54,311 nt of DNA from a virus (taxonomy: Duplodnaviria > Caudoviricetes). Shown one piece after another: positions 46,232 to 54,311 of this stretch. Made by a program: the position numbers and the translations under genes. The stretch covers positions 1 to 54,311 of IMG/VR virus record IMGVR_UViG_3300014501_000541; one strand, 5' to 3'. The notes under the pieces are model-generated. The model ran no database searches. It saw only the letters and a program-made list of their open reading frames with translations, and had not been told where the DNA came from. Position 1 is the first letter of the stretch, and each line of letters starts with the position of its first letter.

Positions 46232-46465
46232 ATGGCTGGAAGAAAACCGGATTACCGTGTCGTTATCCCACAAGACAACGGGCGCGGCAAAACGAACTAC
46301 TTCAAAGTTGGCGCGGCTTGGAGGAATTCCAACAAAGAAACTGGAGATGAAAGTATCGGTCTCCAAATCAATGTGGGGGTTCCTATCCTGCTCCAACCGG
46401 ACTCGAAGTTGGTTCTATTCGAAAACAAAGACGAGGAAGATTCCTCGTTCGAGGCGCAAAGCTGA
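46232..46465 (+). CDS. DUF736-like small protein
   Basis: KPDYRV, KVGAAW, acidic tail. Confidence 0.6.
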   Translation: MAGRKPDYRVVIPQDNGRGKTNYFKVGAAWRNSNKETGDESIGLQINVGVPILLQPDSKLVLFENKDEEDSSFEAQS

Positions 46466-46525
46466 ATAAGGGGAAGTGAATAACCAGCGGTGGCTTCACT
46501 TCCCTAGTTTCTTTTAGGAGGCTCT

Positions 46526-47086
46526 ATGGGTCTGGAGTTCAAAGAATTGCGTGATCGGGTAAATATCCTGGATGTTTTGGCCCGGCGCGGCATTAAGCTC
46601 CGGCACAAGATGGGATCTGACTATGCTTCGGGGCCGTGTCCGCTCCGGGCGCATCCGAAAGAAGACCGGGGCACGAGCTTCGGCGTCCATCTTCCAACAA
46701 ATCGTTTTCAATGCAAAAACGCAACGTGCCAGAAAGAGAATGGCGTGGGTGACAAGTGGGGAGATTGCATCAATCTGCTCGTGAGTATTGAGGGGATTGG
46801 ATTCAAGGATGCGGCGCGGAAGCTCGATGAGATGTTCCCAAAAGAAAAACCCGCCTCCAATGGAAGCGGGGTGACGGGGTCCCCGCGAGCTTCATCAGTC
46901 GTGGTTTCCCCTGCCAACACATTAGAGGGTAACAATTCCAGTGGTAACGGCAAGGGCTTTATGGCTTCGCTTAGACCGTGGTGGGATGACCTTTTGAAGT
47001 GTGATGACTGGGAAGTGGTACGCAAGGCGGTGTTCGAGAAGATTTACGAGTCGTACAAAAACGGCAAATCCGCCGCTCGGACATGA
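46526..47086 (+). CDS. Stand-alone CHC2 zinc finger (primase Zn-domain) protein
   Basis: CPL..H, F.C....C, GD.I.L...EG..F..A; AGGAGG RBS; no TOPRIM. Confidence 0.8.
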   Translation: MGLEFKELRDRVNILDVLARRGIKLRHKMGSDYASGPCPLRAHPKEDRGTSFGVHLPTNRFQCKNATCQKENGVGDKWGDCINLLVSIEGIGFKDAARKLDEMFPKEKPASNGSGVTGSPRASSVVVSPANTLEGNNSSGNGKGFMASLRPWWDDLLKCDDWEVVRKAVFEKIYESYKNGKSAART

Positions 47087-47095
47087 GCGGCGTTT

Positions 47096-47524
47096 TTATT
47101 TCTTGGCGACTGCGATCATGCCGGTGATGACACCGGCGAGGCCGGTCAAAGCGGTGATAGCGGGGATGACGACATTTTTCCACCACCATGCTTTTACTTC
47201 GCGGCGTCTTGTCTTCTCTTCGTCGATGGTACGTCGTAAGGATGCGCGACCCGCAGGAGTAAGCTGACGGAATATTTCCAAGTCGGGATCAGATTTCCAA
47301 GCCGCTTCGTCGGTAGGCAGTTCGATATCCAAATGGAAAGCCTCACGGCGGAGATGCTGGTCGTGGAGCTCCTGAATTCTATTATCTGTGTCTAAAAGGT
47401 CCGCTACGTCCTCGGTAAATAACCTAGCCTGGGCTTCGTCAATTGGCCGATTGAATTTTATTGGTGCGACAGTCTTTTTAAGGAGCTTGGACTGTTTGCG
47501 CTTCAGTTTCCAGAGTTCAAACAT
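47096..47524 (-). CDS. Hypothetical protein with C-terminal TM
   Basis: LTPAGR..LR, C-terminal hydrophobic helix. Confidence 0.6.
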   Translation of the reverse strand: MFELWKLKRKQSKLLKKTVAPIKFNRPIDEAQARLFTEDVADLLDTDNRIQELHDQHLRREAFHLDIELPTDEAAWKSDPDLEIFRQLTPAGRASLRRTIDEEKTRRREVKAWWWKNVVIPAITALTGLAGVITGMIAVAKK

Positions 47525-47728
47525 CGCGATCAAATAGTACCAAAAGATCTATTTTGAATCTTCACGGTATCCGAGACCCTTGAGCTGTTCATCAATTTGT
47601 TTGCGTTTTTCGAGGAGATTTTTGATGAGTTTTTCGCGGGTGGCTTCGAGGGTTGCTACAGCATCTTTTGGCATGTCTTGCCTCCTTTTCAAGATCGCGT
47701 TACGGTGCAGGGACAAGGGTTAATTTAC

Positions 47729-47956
47729 TTACTCAAGCAGATCGTCCAGAAGTTCTCTGGCTGAACGATTTGAAGCTGTTTTCAGAAGCTCTAAGAAGAC
47801 ATGAGCGTACCAGACGAGCTTCGTTTCGAGGTCCGGCGAGATTTCCGGAATTTTCTTGTCGGACAACTCAACTAGCTCCCTGATATGCCCAAGTGCTTCC
47901 GTCATGCATTGGTCAAACTCGCGCAATTCTTCGGCGAGAATCACTTTTTGGTTCAT
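47729..47956 (-). CDS. Hypothetical protein
   Basis: ATG after A-rich leader. Confidence 0.5.
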   Translation of the reverse strand: MNQKVILAEELREFDQCMTEALGHIRELVELSDKKIPEISPDLETKLVWYAHVFLELLKTASNRSARELLDDLLE

Positions 47957-48152
47957 GGTTTTGGTAGTTAGTGTTTGTCTTCCCCCTGCACCCGTTTCGC
48001 GGTGATTCCGCTCGCTTCTCAAAATAGGATGCTTTCGCATGTATCTTCGCTTCTGGCTCTAGGAGTGAAGCAAGCCCATAAGGGTCATTTTCGAAGTGAA
48101 GCGTTATCACAATTTAAGTTTATAGGCCTGTCGCGGCGGTTCAGTACAGCCG

Positions 48153-49442
48153 CTAGATACGCAAGGCCTGGGTGATGTGCTTTGCAATTTCGGTCTTTTC
48201 GGTGCCGGTGTTCGCTTTGGCCCATTCGATGGCTTTCCGGGCTGGGATTTCGTCGCCGTGAAGGTTGGGTCGGTCGGTCAGGATTACCGGCGGCGAGAGT
48301 TCGGGGTTGTTGTCGTTCATCGTCCAGGCGACAAATTGGTAGTTGGGAAGTTTCACGAGGGATTCGGCAATATCCTTGTCGCCGAAATTGACGGCGATCT
48401 TTTCAGAGTCATCGCCCGACACCCGGAAGGAAAAGATATGCGAGCAGTTTCCAAAAGCGATGCGGTCGTTAAATATGCGCCGGTCTTCGTCACGCATCTG
48501 CTGGGTGGTCTGCGTGGCGAAAAGGTAATGGATGCCGTACTTGCGCGATTCGGCGAGCATGGTTTCGAAATCAATGCCGTCGGTGAAGTTGTGGATCTCA
48601 TCCACGATGACGAGAAATTGTTTGGCGCGCTTTTTGCGGCGGAACGAAGCGAGATTGAGTTTCGAAAGGATGAGGGAGCCAAGGACTTTCGCCGGCCGCT
48701 CGCCCATGATGCCCTTCGGGACCCGGCACAAAAGGATTTTCTGGCGATCCATAATACGGACAAAGTTCAGGTACTTTTTCTGCGAAAGAAATTCACGGAG
48801 TCCCGGCCGCAAGAGTTCCTCGATCTTGTTCAAAGGATGCGAGAAGTTTTTCGCGCGCTCCTGGGGCTTCAAGTCTTTGAAATATTGCTGGAAGAAGTCC
48901 TGGACGAGCGGGTTTTCGCTCCGGGCGAGTAAGTTTTCAGCGAAGCCCGGCCGGGCGAGGATTTTATAAATATCAATGACGCTAGGATGTTTGGTAAGTT
49001 CGAGCACCGCATCGGTCGCCCCGCGAAGGATATGCGCCGTTTCCGGCCCCCAGCCCTTGCCTGCATGGGCCTCCATCAGACTCATAAACGCCTGTACGGC
49101 GCGTTCTCGGTCAGGATGGTCGAAGATACCGAGGTCGGGCGCGCGGTCGCTTTCCGGGTCGATATAGACGATATCTTTGAGCCGGTACTCCGGGATGTAA
49201 TTCAGGATGTCGAAAATCAAATCGCCGTGCGGGTCGATGACGGCAATGCCGATGTCACTGCGGATCGCTTCGACGATTACGTTGCGAAGGAGGGTCGATT
49301 TGCCGGTGCCGGATTTTCCGAGTAGCCAGCCGTGCCGAAACTGCCTGCGGTCGAGGTCGATGCTAAAGGGTTTTTCGCCGAAATTGGTGAGGGTGGTGCC
49401 GAGGTGGATGTTCATTCGCTGGTGGGGAGGAACGTTCTTCAC
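48153..49442 (-). CDS. VirD4/TraD-like coupling ATPase (no TM anchor)
   Basis: RH..LLGKSGTGKST, VIDPHGDL, VDEIHNF, ESRKYG, ATQ, FRVSG.D. Confidence 0.88.
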   Translation of the reverse strand: MKNVPPHQRMNIHLGTTLTNFGEKPFSIDLDRRQFRHGWLLGKSGTGKSTLLRNVIVEAIRSDIGIAVIDPHGDLIFDILNYIPEYRLKDIVYIDPESDRAPDLGIFDHPDRERAVQAFMSLMEAHAGKGWGPETAHILRGATDAVLELTKHPSVIDIYKILARPGFAENLLARSENPLVQDFFQQYFKDLKPQERAKNFSHPLNKIEELLRPGLREFLSQKKYLNFVRIMDRQKILLCRVPKGIMGERPAKVLGSLILSKLNLASFRRKKRAKQFLVIVDEIHNFTDGIDFETMLAESRKYGIHYLFATQTTQQMRDEDRRIFNDRIAFGNCSHIFSFRVSGDDSEKIAVNFGDKDIAESLVKLPNYQFVAWTMNDNNPELSPPVILTDRPNLHGDEIPARKAIEWAKANTGTEKTEIAKHITQALRI

Positions 49443-49635
49443 TTTTCGCGGGCGGAAGAATGACTATCCGTGCGCTAAAGCACTAGCACTCCCCCATCAG
49501 AGAACGAATCCCCGCCGTCCCGAGCTGTCTCCTGTCCTTCATCAGGACAGGGGCAGCCCAGAATGAACGGGGTTCCCGCGCTTTCGCGCGATTAGATTCA
49601 GTTTGGCATTTCTACAGGAGATGTCGAGGTGGGGA

Positions 49636-50298
49636 TTAGGGAATTTCTGGTTTGCCTGCTTCTTTCAACTTTTTGTTAAGGTCCGCTTTTCGCTTGGCGG
49701 TAAGGGCGGGCTGAACAAAATAGAAATCGAAAAGAGATTCCAGTACGTCAAGATTCCATTCGGCTTCGCCCGGTTCGACTGAAACTATGGAGCCTGTTAC
49801 TTTGCTCTTGATTTCATGAGCTGCGAAGTTCCCAATGTTGCGAACGGCGTGTAAGCCGTCCTGAATGTGAGAGGGAATCTTCCCTGCGTTAATCACCTCG
49901 TCAATTTGGTCAAAGAGGTCTTTGTTCTTGGTGGCGGCTTTATCACGGAGAATAGCCTGAAGATTGCGGCGGCTGAGAGCGGCACTAGCTTTAGGGCTAT
50001 CCTGCAGCACCTTACATGCTTCAGTGAAATCTTGCTTATACGGATCTGGAACTTCTGCTGGCACTGGGCGTAGGAAGCCTTGTGGATAGGCCATAAAAAA
50101 CTCCACTCGATCAGCGTACTGACAATCTCGTTTGAGAAAGATTATTGAATTGCCGCATTCTGGACATTGCTGATACTGGGCGATCCATATGCCTGGATAC
50201 GTAGTCCCGCCGGAGGGTAACCTGAGGATTGGTTGGTCAGCTATCTGGCTGGATTTGAAAGCGACGTGAATATTTACGCTACAATGCGGGCACTTCAT
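49636..50298 (-). CDS. DUF4145 domain protein
   Basis: SPKASAALSRR.LQ, L...ID, RNIGNFAAH; N-terminal Zn ribbon. Confidence 0.85.
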   Translation of the reverse strand: MKCPHCSVNIHVAFKSSQIADQPILRLPSGGTTYPGIWIAQYQQCPECGNSIIFLKRDCQYADRVEFFMAYPQGFLRPVPAEVPDPYKQDFTEACKVLQDSPKASAALSRRNLQAILRDKAATKNKDLFDQIDEVINAGKIPSHIQDGLHAVRNIGNFAAHEIKSKVTGSIVSVEPGEAEWNLDVLESLFDFYFVQPALTAKRKADLNKKLKEAGKPEIP

Positions 50299-50713
50299 AG
50301 CCCGGCAATGATATCAAAACGCTGGCCTTCCTAGCGCGTTGTTCTTTTTGTAGCTTTAGAATGCGCCCGCGATTTTTGAAATAATAGACCTTCCGCTTTT
50401 CATTACGCATCCGCCGCAGGCGTTCTGCTTTTTGAACTTTGATGCGATATCGTTTGTTTGCTTCTTGGTGACGCTGCCTGAAGGTCGGATCGTTCTTGTG
50501 CACCAAAGCGTATTGATGGGCTTCGAGGCGATGCTTTTCTTTATCAGCCGACCGTTGCCTTATTCGTTTTAAAGTCCAATACTTTTTGTTTCTTGGCGTT
50601 GTAAGGAGTCTGTCGCCATAGCAGATCGGGCATAAGGGCGAAAGGCTGGCGTTACGTTCTGTCCCACACTTATTGCAAATAGTAGTTGTGGTTGGGGTAT
50701 CGAGGTCCGTCAT
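50279..50713 (-). CDS. Basic Zn-finger hypothetical protein
   Basis: CNKC..CPIC, K/R-rich helix. Confidence 0.55.
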   Translation of the reverse strand: MTDLDTPTTTTICNKCGTERNASLSPLCPICYGDRLLTTPRNKKYWTLKRIRQRSADKEKHRLEAHQYALVHKNDPTFRQRHQEANKRYRIKVQKAERLRRMRNEKRKVYYFKNRGRILKLQKEQRARKASVLISLPGYEVPAL

Positions 50714-51564
50714 CCGGCGCGGAGAAATGAATATGCGACCTTTTGGTAATCTTTTGGCGTGAGGAATGAGAAAGGATCTTGTTCCGTTGAAAACCAGAAA
50801 TTGCTGCGCTTGATCGGTGTGGGATTCACGATGGTGCGGCCGTTGCCGTTGCGATACTCAGTAACCGGCTCGCCCGCTAAGAACTTTAGAATATTCTGCC
50901 GTGCTTCTTCCGTCCTAATCTGCGTAACAACGGTAAAGGTTTTGAAGTCTTTCCACTCGTCTTTGCATTGCTGGGTGCCGTAATACTCTTCGTACCGCTG
51001 ATATTTTTCGAGCAGCTCCTTGAATGACTTGCGCTTGTTCTCCAGCTCGAAAAAGTAGTAGGTGATCTTCCCTTCCCGCTTGATGGCAAAAACGTCGTCT
51101 GGCTTTACCGTGTGGTTGAGGTCGGTCTTCCGCCAAAAGAGTTCCATGTTATGTTGGCGGCACATCTCGACGACTTTCATATGGAACCGGGCGCGTTTGA
51201 TCTCGTGTTCGAGGGTGAGCGGGGAATGGTCTTTGATGAGTTCCTTGGGGTCGGTCCACGCGCAGTTTTCTTGCGCCCAGCACAAGCCTTGGAAGGTCAG
51301 CCCGCAGGCTAGGGGCAAGGTACCGTAGCCAGGATATTCGTCCGGTCGATACGAGATGCGATTTACAAGGCCGTCGCGGTCTAAAGCTGCGAGGCACCGC
51401 CGGAGGGATGCTTCATGGGTTGGGTTCGGCGCGGGATAGAGAAGCGAAACGAGATCTTTGATGGTGAGGCAGTAATACTCTGCGAGCGCTTTAAGAATCC
51501 TCTTCTTGAGGGCGCTTGCGTAGAAGATCTGGATCTTTTGCGTTGTCGTCGGTGTCGCGGACAT
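50710..51564 (-). CDS. Replication-relaxation (Replic_Relax) family protein
   Basis: N-terminal wHTH, LEHE, VKPD, FFELE, K..RY..Y; adjacent to coupling ATPases. Confidence 0.75.
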   Translation of the reverse strand: MSATPTTTQKIQIFYASALKKRILKALAEYYCLTIKDLVSLLYPAPNPTHEASLRRCLAALDRDGLVNRISYRPDEYPGYGTLPLACGLTFQGLCWAQENCAWTDPKELIKDHSPLTLEHEIKRARFHMKVVEMCRQHNMELFWRKTDLNHTVKPDDVFAIKREGKITYYFFELENKRKSFKELLEKYQRYEEYYGTQQCKDEWKDFKTFTVVTQIRTEEARQNILKFLAGEPVTEYRNGNGRTIVNPTPIKRSNFWFSTEQDPFSFLTPKDYQKVAYSFLRAG

Positions 51565-52645
51565 CTTCCTTTGACTTAACCATAGGTTCGGTATCGTTAC
51601 CAGCCGATTTGTCCACAGTGAGTAAGCGGAGTATTTGGGCGTATCTTGCGCGGTTAAGGGGCTTGGGTTTTTTGGTTTTTAGCTCGTAGGTATTTTTTAG
51701 GGTGAAACAGTAGGCGCGGCCTTTCTCCTGGAACGCGACTGTCATCCACATCATGACGAGTTTCTTTTTAATGGGTGCGGGAAGATCGTCGGGCAATTGG
51801 TTCGTCATCGTAAGGCAGAGCTTGTATTTTCGGGCGCGGGTCATGATGGTTTCAAAATCATCGGCGGCGAACTTCAGAATTTCGTGCGCTTCGTCTACGT
51901 AAAGGTAGAAATAGGGACGCTTTGATTCGATTTCGATATCGGCGTTACGCCATACCCCCTGACGGATTTTGGAAACGATGAGGGAAGCAAGGAAGAAATC
52001 GGTAGGGGTGTCTTTGAGGTCTGCGAGAAGGATTTTGCCCGTCTGCACGATGTTAGGGATATCAATCGCATCTTTCGAGCGCTGGAAAAGGGTATGGAGG
52101 GAAGCACGGGCTTGGAATTTGAGCAGCCGGTGGATGGGCGTTTCAAAGTCCTTGGCTTTTGGGAGCGGCCGCCAGGATTCTTGTGTTTCCTCAGAGCACC
52201 GGCCGATTATTTTGCCAGGGTTTTTTACAAAAAGGTCGAGATCGAGAAGGCTAAAGTTCGCACCACTCTTATTTGCTTCCAAAAGCGTGGCGAGCATTTT
52301 ATAAAGCATGGGTTCGCCGACTTTAGCATCCCCAATGTCAAAAATCTTCACCATGTCGTCCATCAAGATTTCTTCTTCGTCTTCGTCGCGGGGCTTCAGG
52401 AATTCAATCGGCCGGATATATTTCCGCTTGGTGGAAAAATAAATAGTGTCTTTGAGGCGATGTTCAGGGAGGCGGGCGATGATAGGAGGCATGAGGTCGG
52501 CGGTGCAGTCAATAACGGCTACGCCACGACCGGCGCAGATGTCTTGCATGATGAGGTGGGTGAGGAGGGAACTTTTGCCGACGCCATGATAGCCGTGGAT
52601 ATACGTGCCGTGCGTCCGCTGGTCGGCATTGAGCTTGAGCTTCAC
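51491..52645 (-). CDS. Second VirD4/TraD-like ATPase
   Basis: HGTYIHGYHGVGKS, VAVID, LYVDEAH, ARKYKL.L.MTNQ. Confidence 0.8.
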   Translation of the reverse strand: MKLKLNADQRTHGTYIHGYHGVGKSSLLTHLIMQDICAGRGVAVIDCTADLMPPIIARLPEHRLKDTIYFSTKRKYIRPIEFLKPRDEDEEEILMDDMVKIFDIGDAKVGEPMLYKMLATLLEANKSGANFSLLDLDLFVKNPGKIIGRCSEETQESWRPLPKAKDFETPIHRLLKFQARASLHTLFQRSKDAIDIPNIVQTGKILLADLKDTPTDFFLASLIVSKIRQGVWRNADIEIESKRPYFYLYVDEAHEILKFAADDFETIMTRARKYKLCLTMTNQLPDDLPAPIKKKLVMMWMTVAFQEKGRAYCFTLKNTYELKTKKPKPLNRARYAQILRLLTVDKSAGNDTEPMVKSKEDVRDTDDNAKDPDLLRKRPQEEDS

Positions 52646-53247
52646 TGAAGTTTTTTAGCATCCCCCAAGTAGACATTCCCTTCGCCGAACTCCACTTCAT
52701 CCGAAGTGGGCTTTTCGACGCGCTCAATCGTGATATCGAGGGCTTCTTCGTAATTCTTGAGGTCGGGATTCGGGTGGCATGCGAGGATTTCTTTCAGTTT
52801 TTGTTCAACGTCGGGCGGCCTGAATTTCCAGCTTCGGAGGCGGTAGGTGATGATGATATCAACCCACGCAAAAACACGGAGCCTTGTTTGCTCCTGCCAG
52901 TCGTCGCGGATCTGTGCATATTCATTTCTCTTATCGAGGAGCTTGTCATGGACGAAAAACATGATGAGAAGAAAAAGCGGGGCTAAAAATAAGAAAGTCC
53001 AACCGTCGGAAACCCAACAGAGCAAGCCAATGAGGATGGCAATAGGAAGCGAAAGGAGTTTGATGGCGTGAGCGTACATCTCACATTTTTCTGCGCGATG
53101 GAGGCTTTGGTACATTTCGAGGAAATCGTGAAAATATACTTTGACAAAAGTTACGACCGCGATAGAGAAAAAAACGACAACGAAATACAGTACGACGATA
53201 ATGGCGCTCATCGTGAAATAGAGGGGGGAATGCCAGAGGTCACTCAT
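52642..53247 (-). CDS. Membrane protein (3 TM) coupled to ATPase
   Basis: Hydrophobic helices; GTGA overlap with next gene. Confidence 0.65.
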   Translation of the reverse strand: MSDLWHSPLYFTMSAIIVVLYFVVVFFSIAVVTFVKVYFHDFLEMYQSLHRAEKCEMYAHAIKLLSLPIAILIGLLCWVSDGWTFLFLAPLFLLIMFFVHDKLLDKRNEYAQIRDDWQEQTRLRVFAWVDIIITYRLRSWKFRPPDVEQKLKEILACHPNPDLKNYEEALDITIERVEKPTSDEVEFGEGNVYLGDAKKLQ

Positions 53248-53623
53248 ACGAGGAGCCGCCCAGTCCTGCCGGTAGGCACTCGATAGAGCAAGCGGAGCGA
53301 CGGGCATCCTGACGCGATAGCCCGATAGGGTCATGTACCGGAACGATAGAGAGGAACATGACGGAAGGATGCCCGTCGGTAGGCGGGGACTGGGCGGCAC
53401 ACCAGTAAGACCAGTTAATACCAGTCTTTGCGCGCCTTTCGGCGCGATTTTTTTCGGTAGCTATAAAGAACATATGGCGATACCGAATAAAGCGGGCATA
53501 TAATACCACAACCTCAACCCGAAAGGGTTGGGGGATTACAGGCGTTGCGCTCCTAGAGCGATAGCGTCTGCGCTTCTCATTAGCTTCCCGATAGGGAAGG
53601 GGAATTCACACTTGGAGACAGGT

Positions 53624-53833
53624 ATGGAGTCCAATGAGAAGTGGTGGTCTATCAGTGAAGTCGCATTTCGTTATCGGGTGAGCCGGGACACGATTATCCG
53701 GCGCGTCGAGGCTGGTTTTCTGAAGGCGCTCGTCATGCCTCGTATGGGGCGAAGGGGGACGCGGGTTTATAAGACCCGCTTAATCTCAGAGAGCGAACTT
53801 CGTCGGTTCGAGCGCGGGAATACGACTTCGTGA
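53624..53833 (+). CDS. Excisionase-like HTH protein
   Basis: SISEVA.R..VSRDTI.R...G.L.A, ISESEL.RF; near attR; GGAG RBS. Confidence 0.8.
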   Translation: MESNEKWWSISEVAFRYRVSRDTIIRRVEAGFLKALVMPRMGRRGTRVYKTRLISESELRRFERGNTTS

Positions 53834-53885
53834 GGCCGAGGCCGGAGGACGGGAATCCTTCCGGCCTTTTTCTTGGGGGGGGCGC

Positions 53886-54086
53886 GTGGAATCTGGGTTT
53901 AGGGTGCGACAGGTCGGTAGTGGGCCGGAGTTATTTGTAACGGAGTGGGTGGAAAACGAGAATCCCGGAAGGCCTAGTGCGACGATGACAGAAGGGGAAT
54001 TGCGGCAAGCTCTCCGCAAGACGAATCGGTCGGAGTTTGTGATCGATGAGATGATCGAAAGCGCGCGGAAGAGATATCAGTCGTAA
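53886..54086 (+). CDS. Hypothetical protein
   Basis: 66-aa ORF before attR. Confidence 0.4.
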   Translation: MESGFRVRQVGSGPELFVTEWVENENPGRPSATMTEGELRQALRKTNRSEFVIDEMIESARKRYQS

Positions 54087-54188
54087 TGCGTGTACCTGTG
54101 GCGTACTTCAGAACCGCGTTTTCGGCGTTTTTCGATTTTTGAGATTCCTTAATTTTCAGTAACTTGCCTGTTATCAGTACGCCATTTT

Positions 54189-54213
54189 GGTTCAAATCCC
54201 ACCCTCTCCGCCA
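54189..54213 (+). repeat. attR core (duplicated tRNA 3' end)
   Basis: 25-bp exact match to 99-123. Confidence 0.95.
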
Positions 54214-54311
54214 TAATCCAGTCACTCCCCGACTGCTCAGTCCGCCTTTCGCCAGGTTGAGTCGGGATCGTACTTGGTCATAGCTTTCGCAATCGCGGCG
54301 GTCTTGGGGCC

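Larger units (their letters stand above)
99..54213. mobile_element. Integrated prophage (siphovirus-type) with relaxase/coupling-ATPase module
   Basis: Flanking 25-bp direct repeats, integrase at one end, excisionase-like gene at the other, complete head-tail gene set. Confidence 0.95.

Noticed and set aside
54189-54213. Second tRNA gene
   Set aside because: Only the 3' 25 nt is present; it is attR

Overview
The window holds one apparently complete ~54.1 kb prophage-like element integrated in the 3' end of tRNA-Ser(CGA), bounded by a 25-bp direct repeat (99-123 / 54189-54213). An integrase sits at the left end and an excisionase-like gene at the right end. The minus strand carries a full HK97-type siphovirus morphogenesis module (TerS/TerL, portal-MuF fusion, protease/scaffold, capsid, neck, tail tube, frameshifted chaperone, tape measure, tail tip), lysis-type genes, SSB/exonuclease/NinG/YopX, and a replication-relaxation protein flanked by two VirD4/TraD-like ATPases. 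By recognition only (no database search), the minus-strand backbone looks Patescibacteria (CPR)-like, while the integrase, host flank and interspersed cargo genes look Acidobacteria-like. The clearest unexplained sequence signal is a family of RNA cassettes, each closed by a 21-30 bp G-U-containing stem carrying a conserved AGUUCUUU / A(G/A)AGAAUU motif. Three are tandem and non-coding (2290-2840) and a fourth encloses a whole ORF in the head-neck operon (18134-18505). Cargo includes an aerolysin/ETX-MTX2-like secreted protein and a possible HEPN protein.
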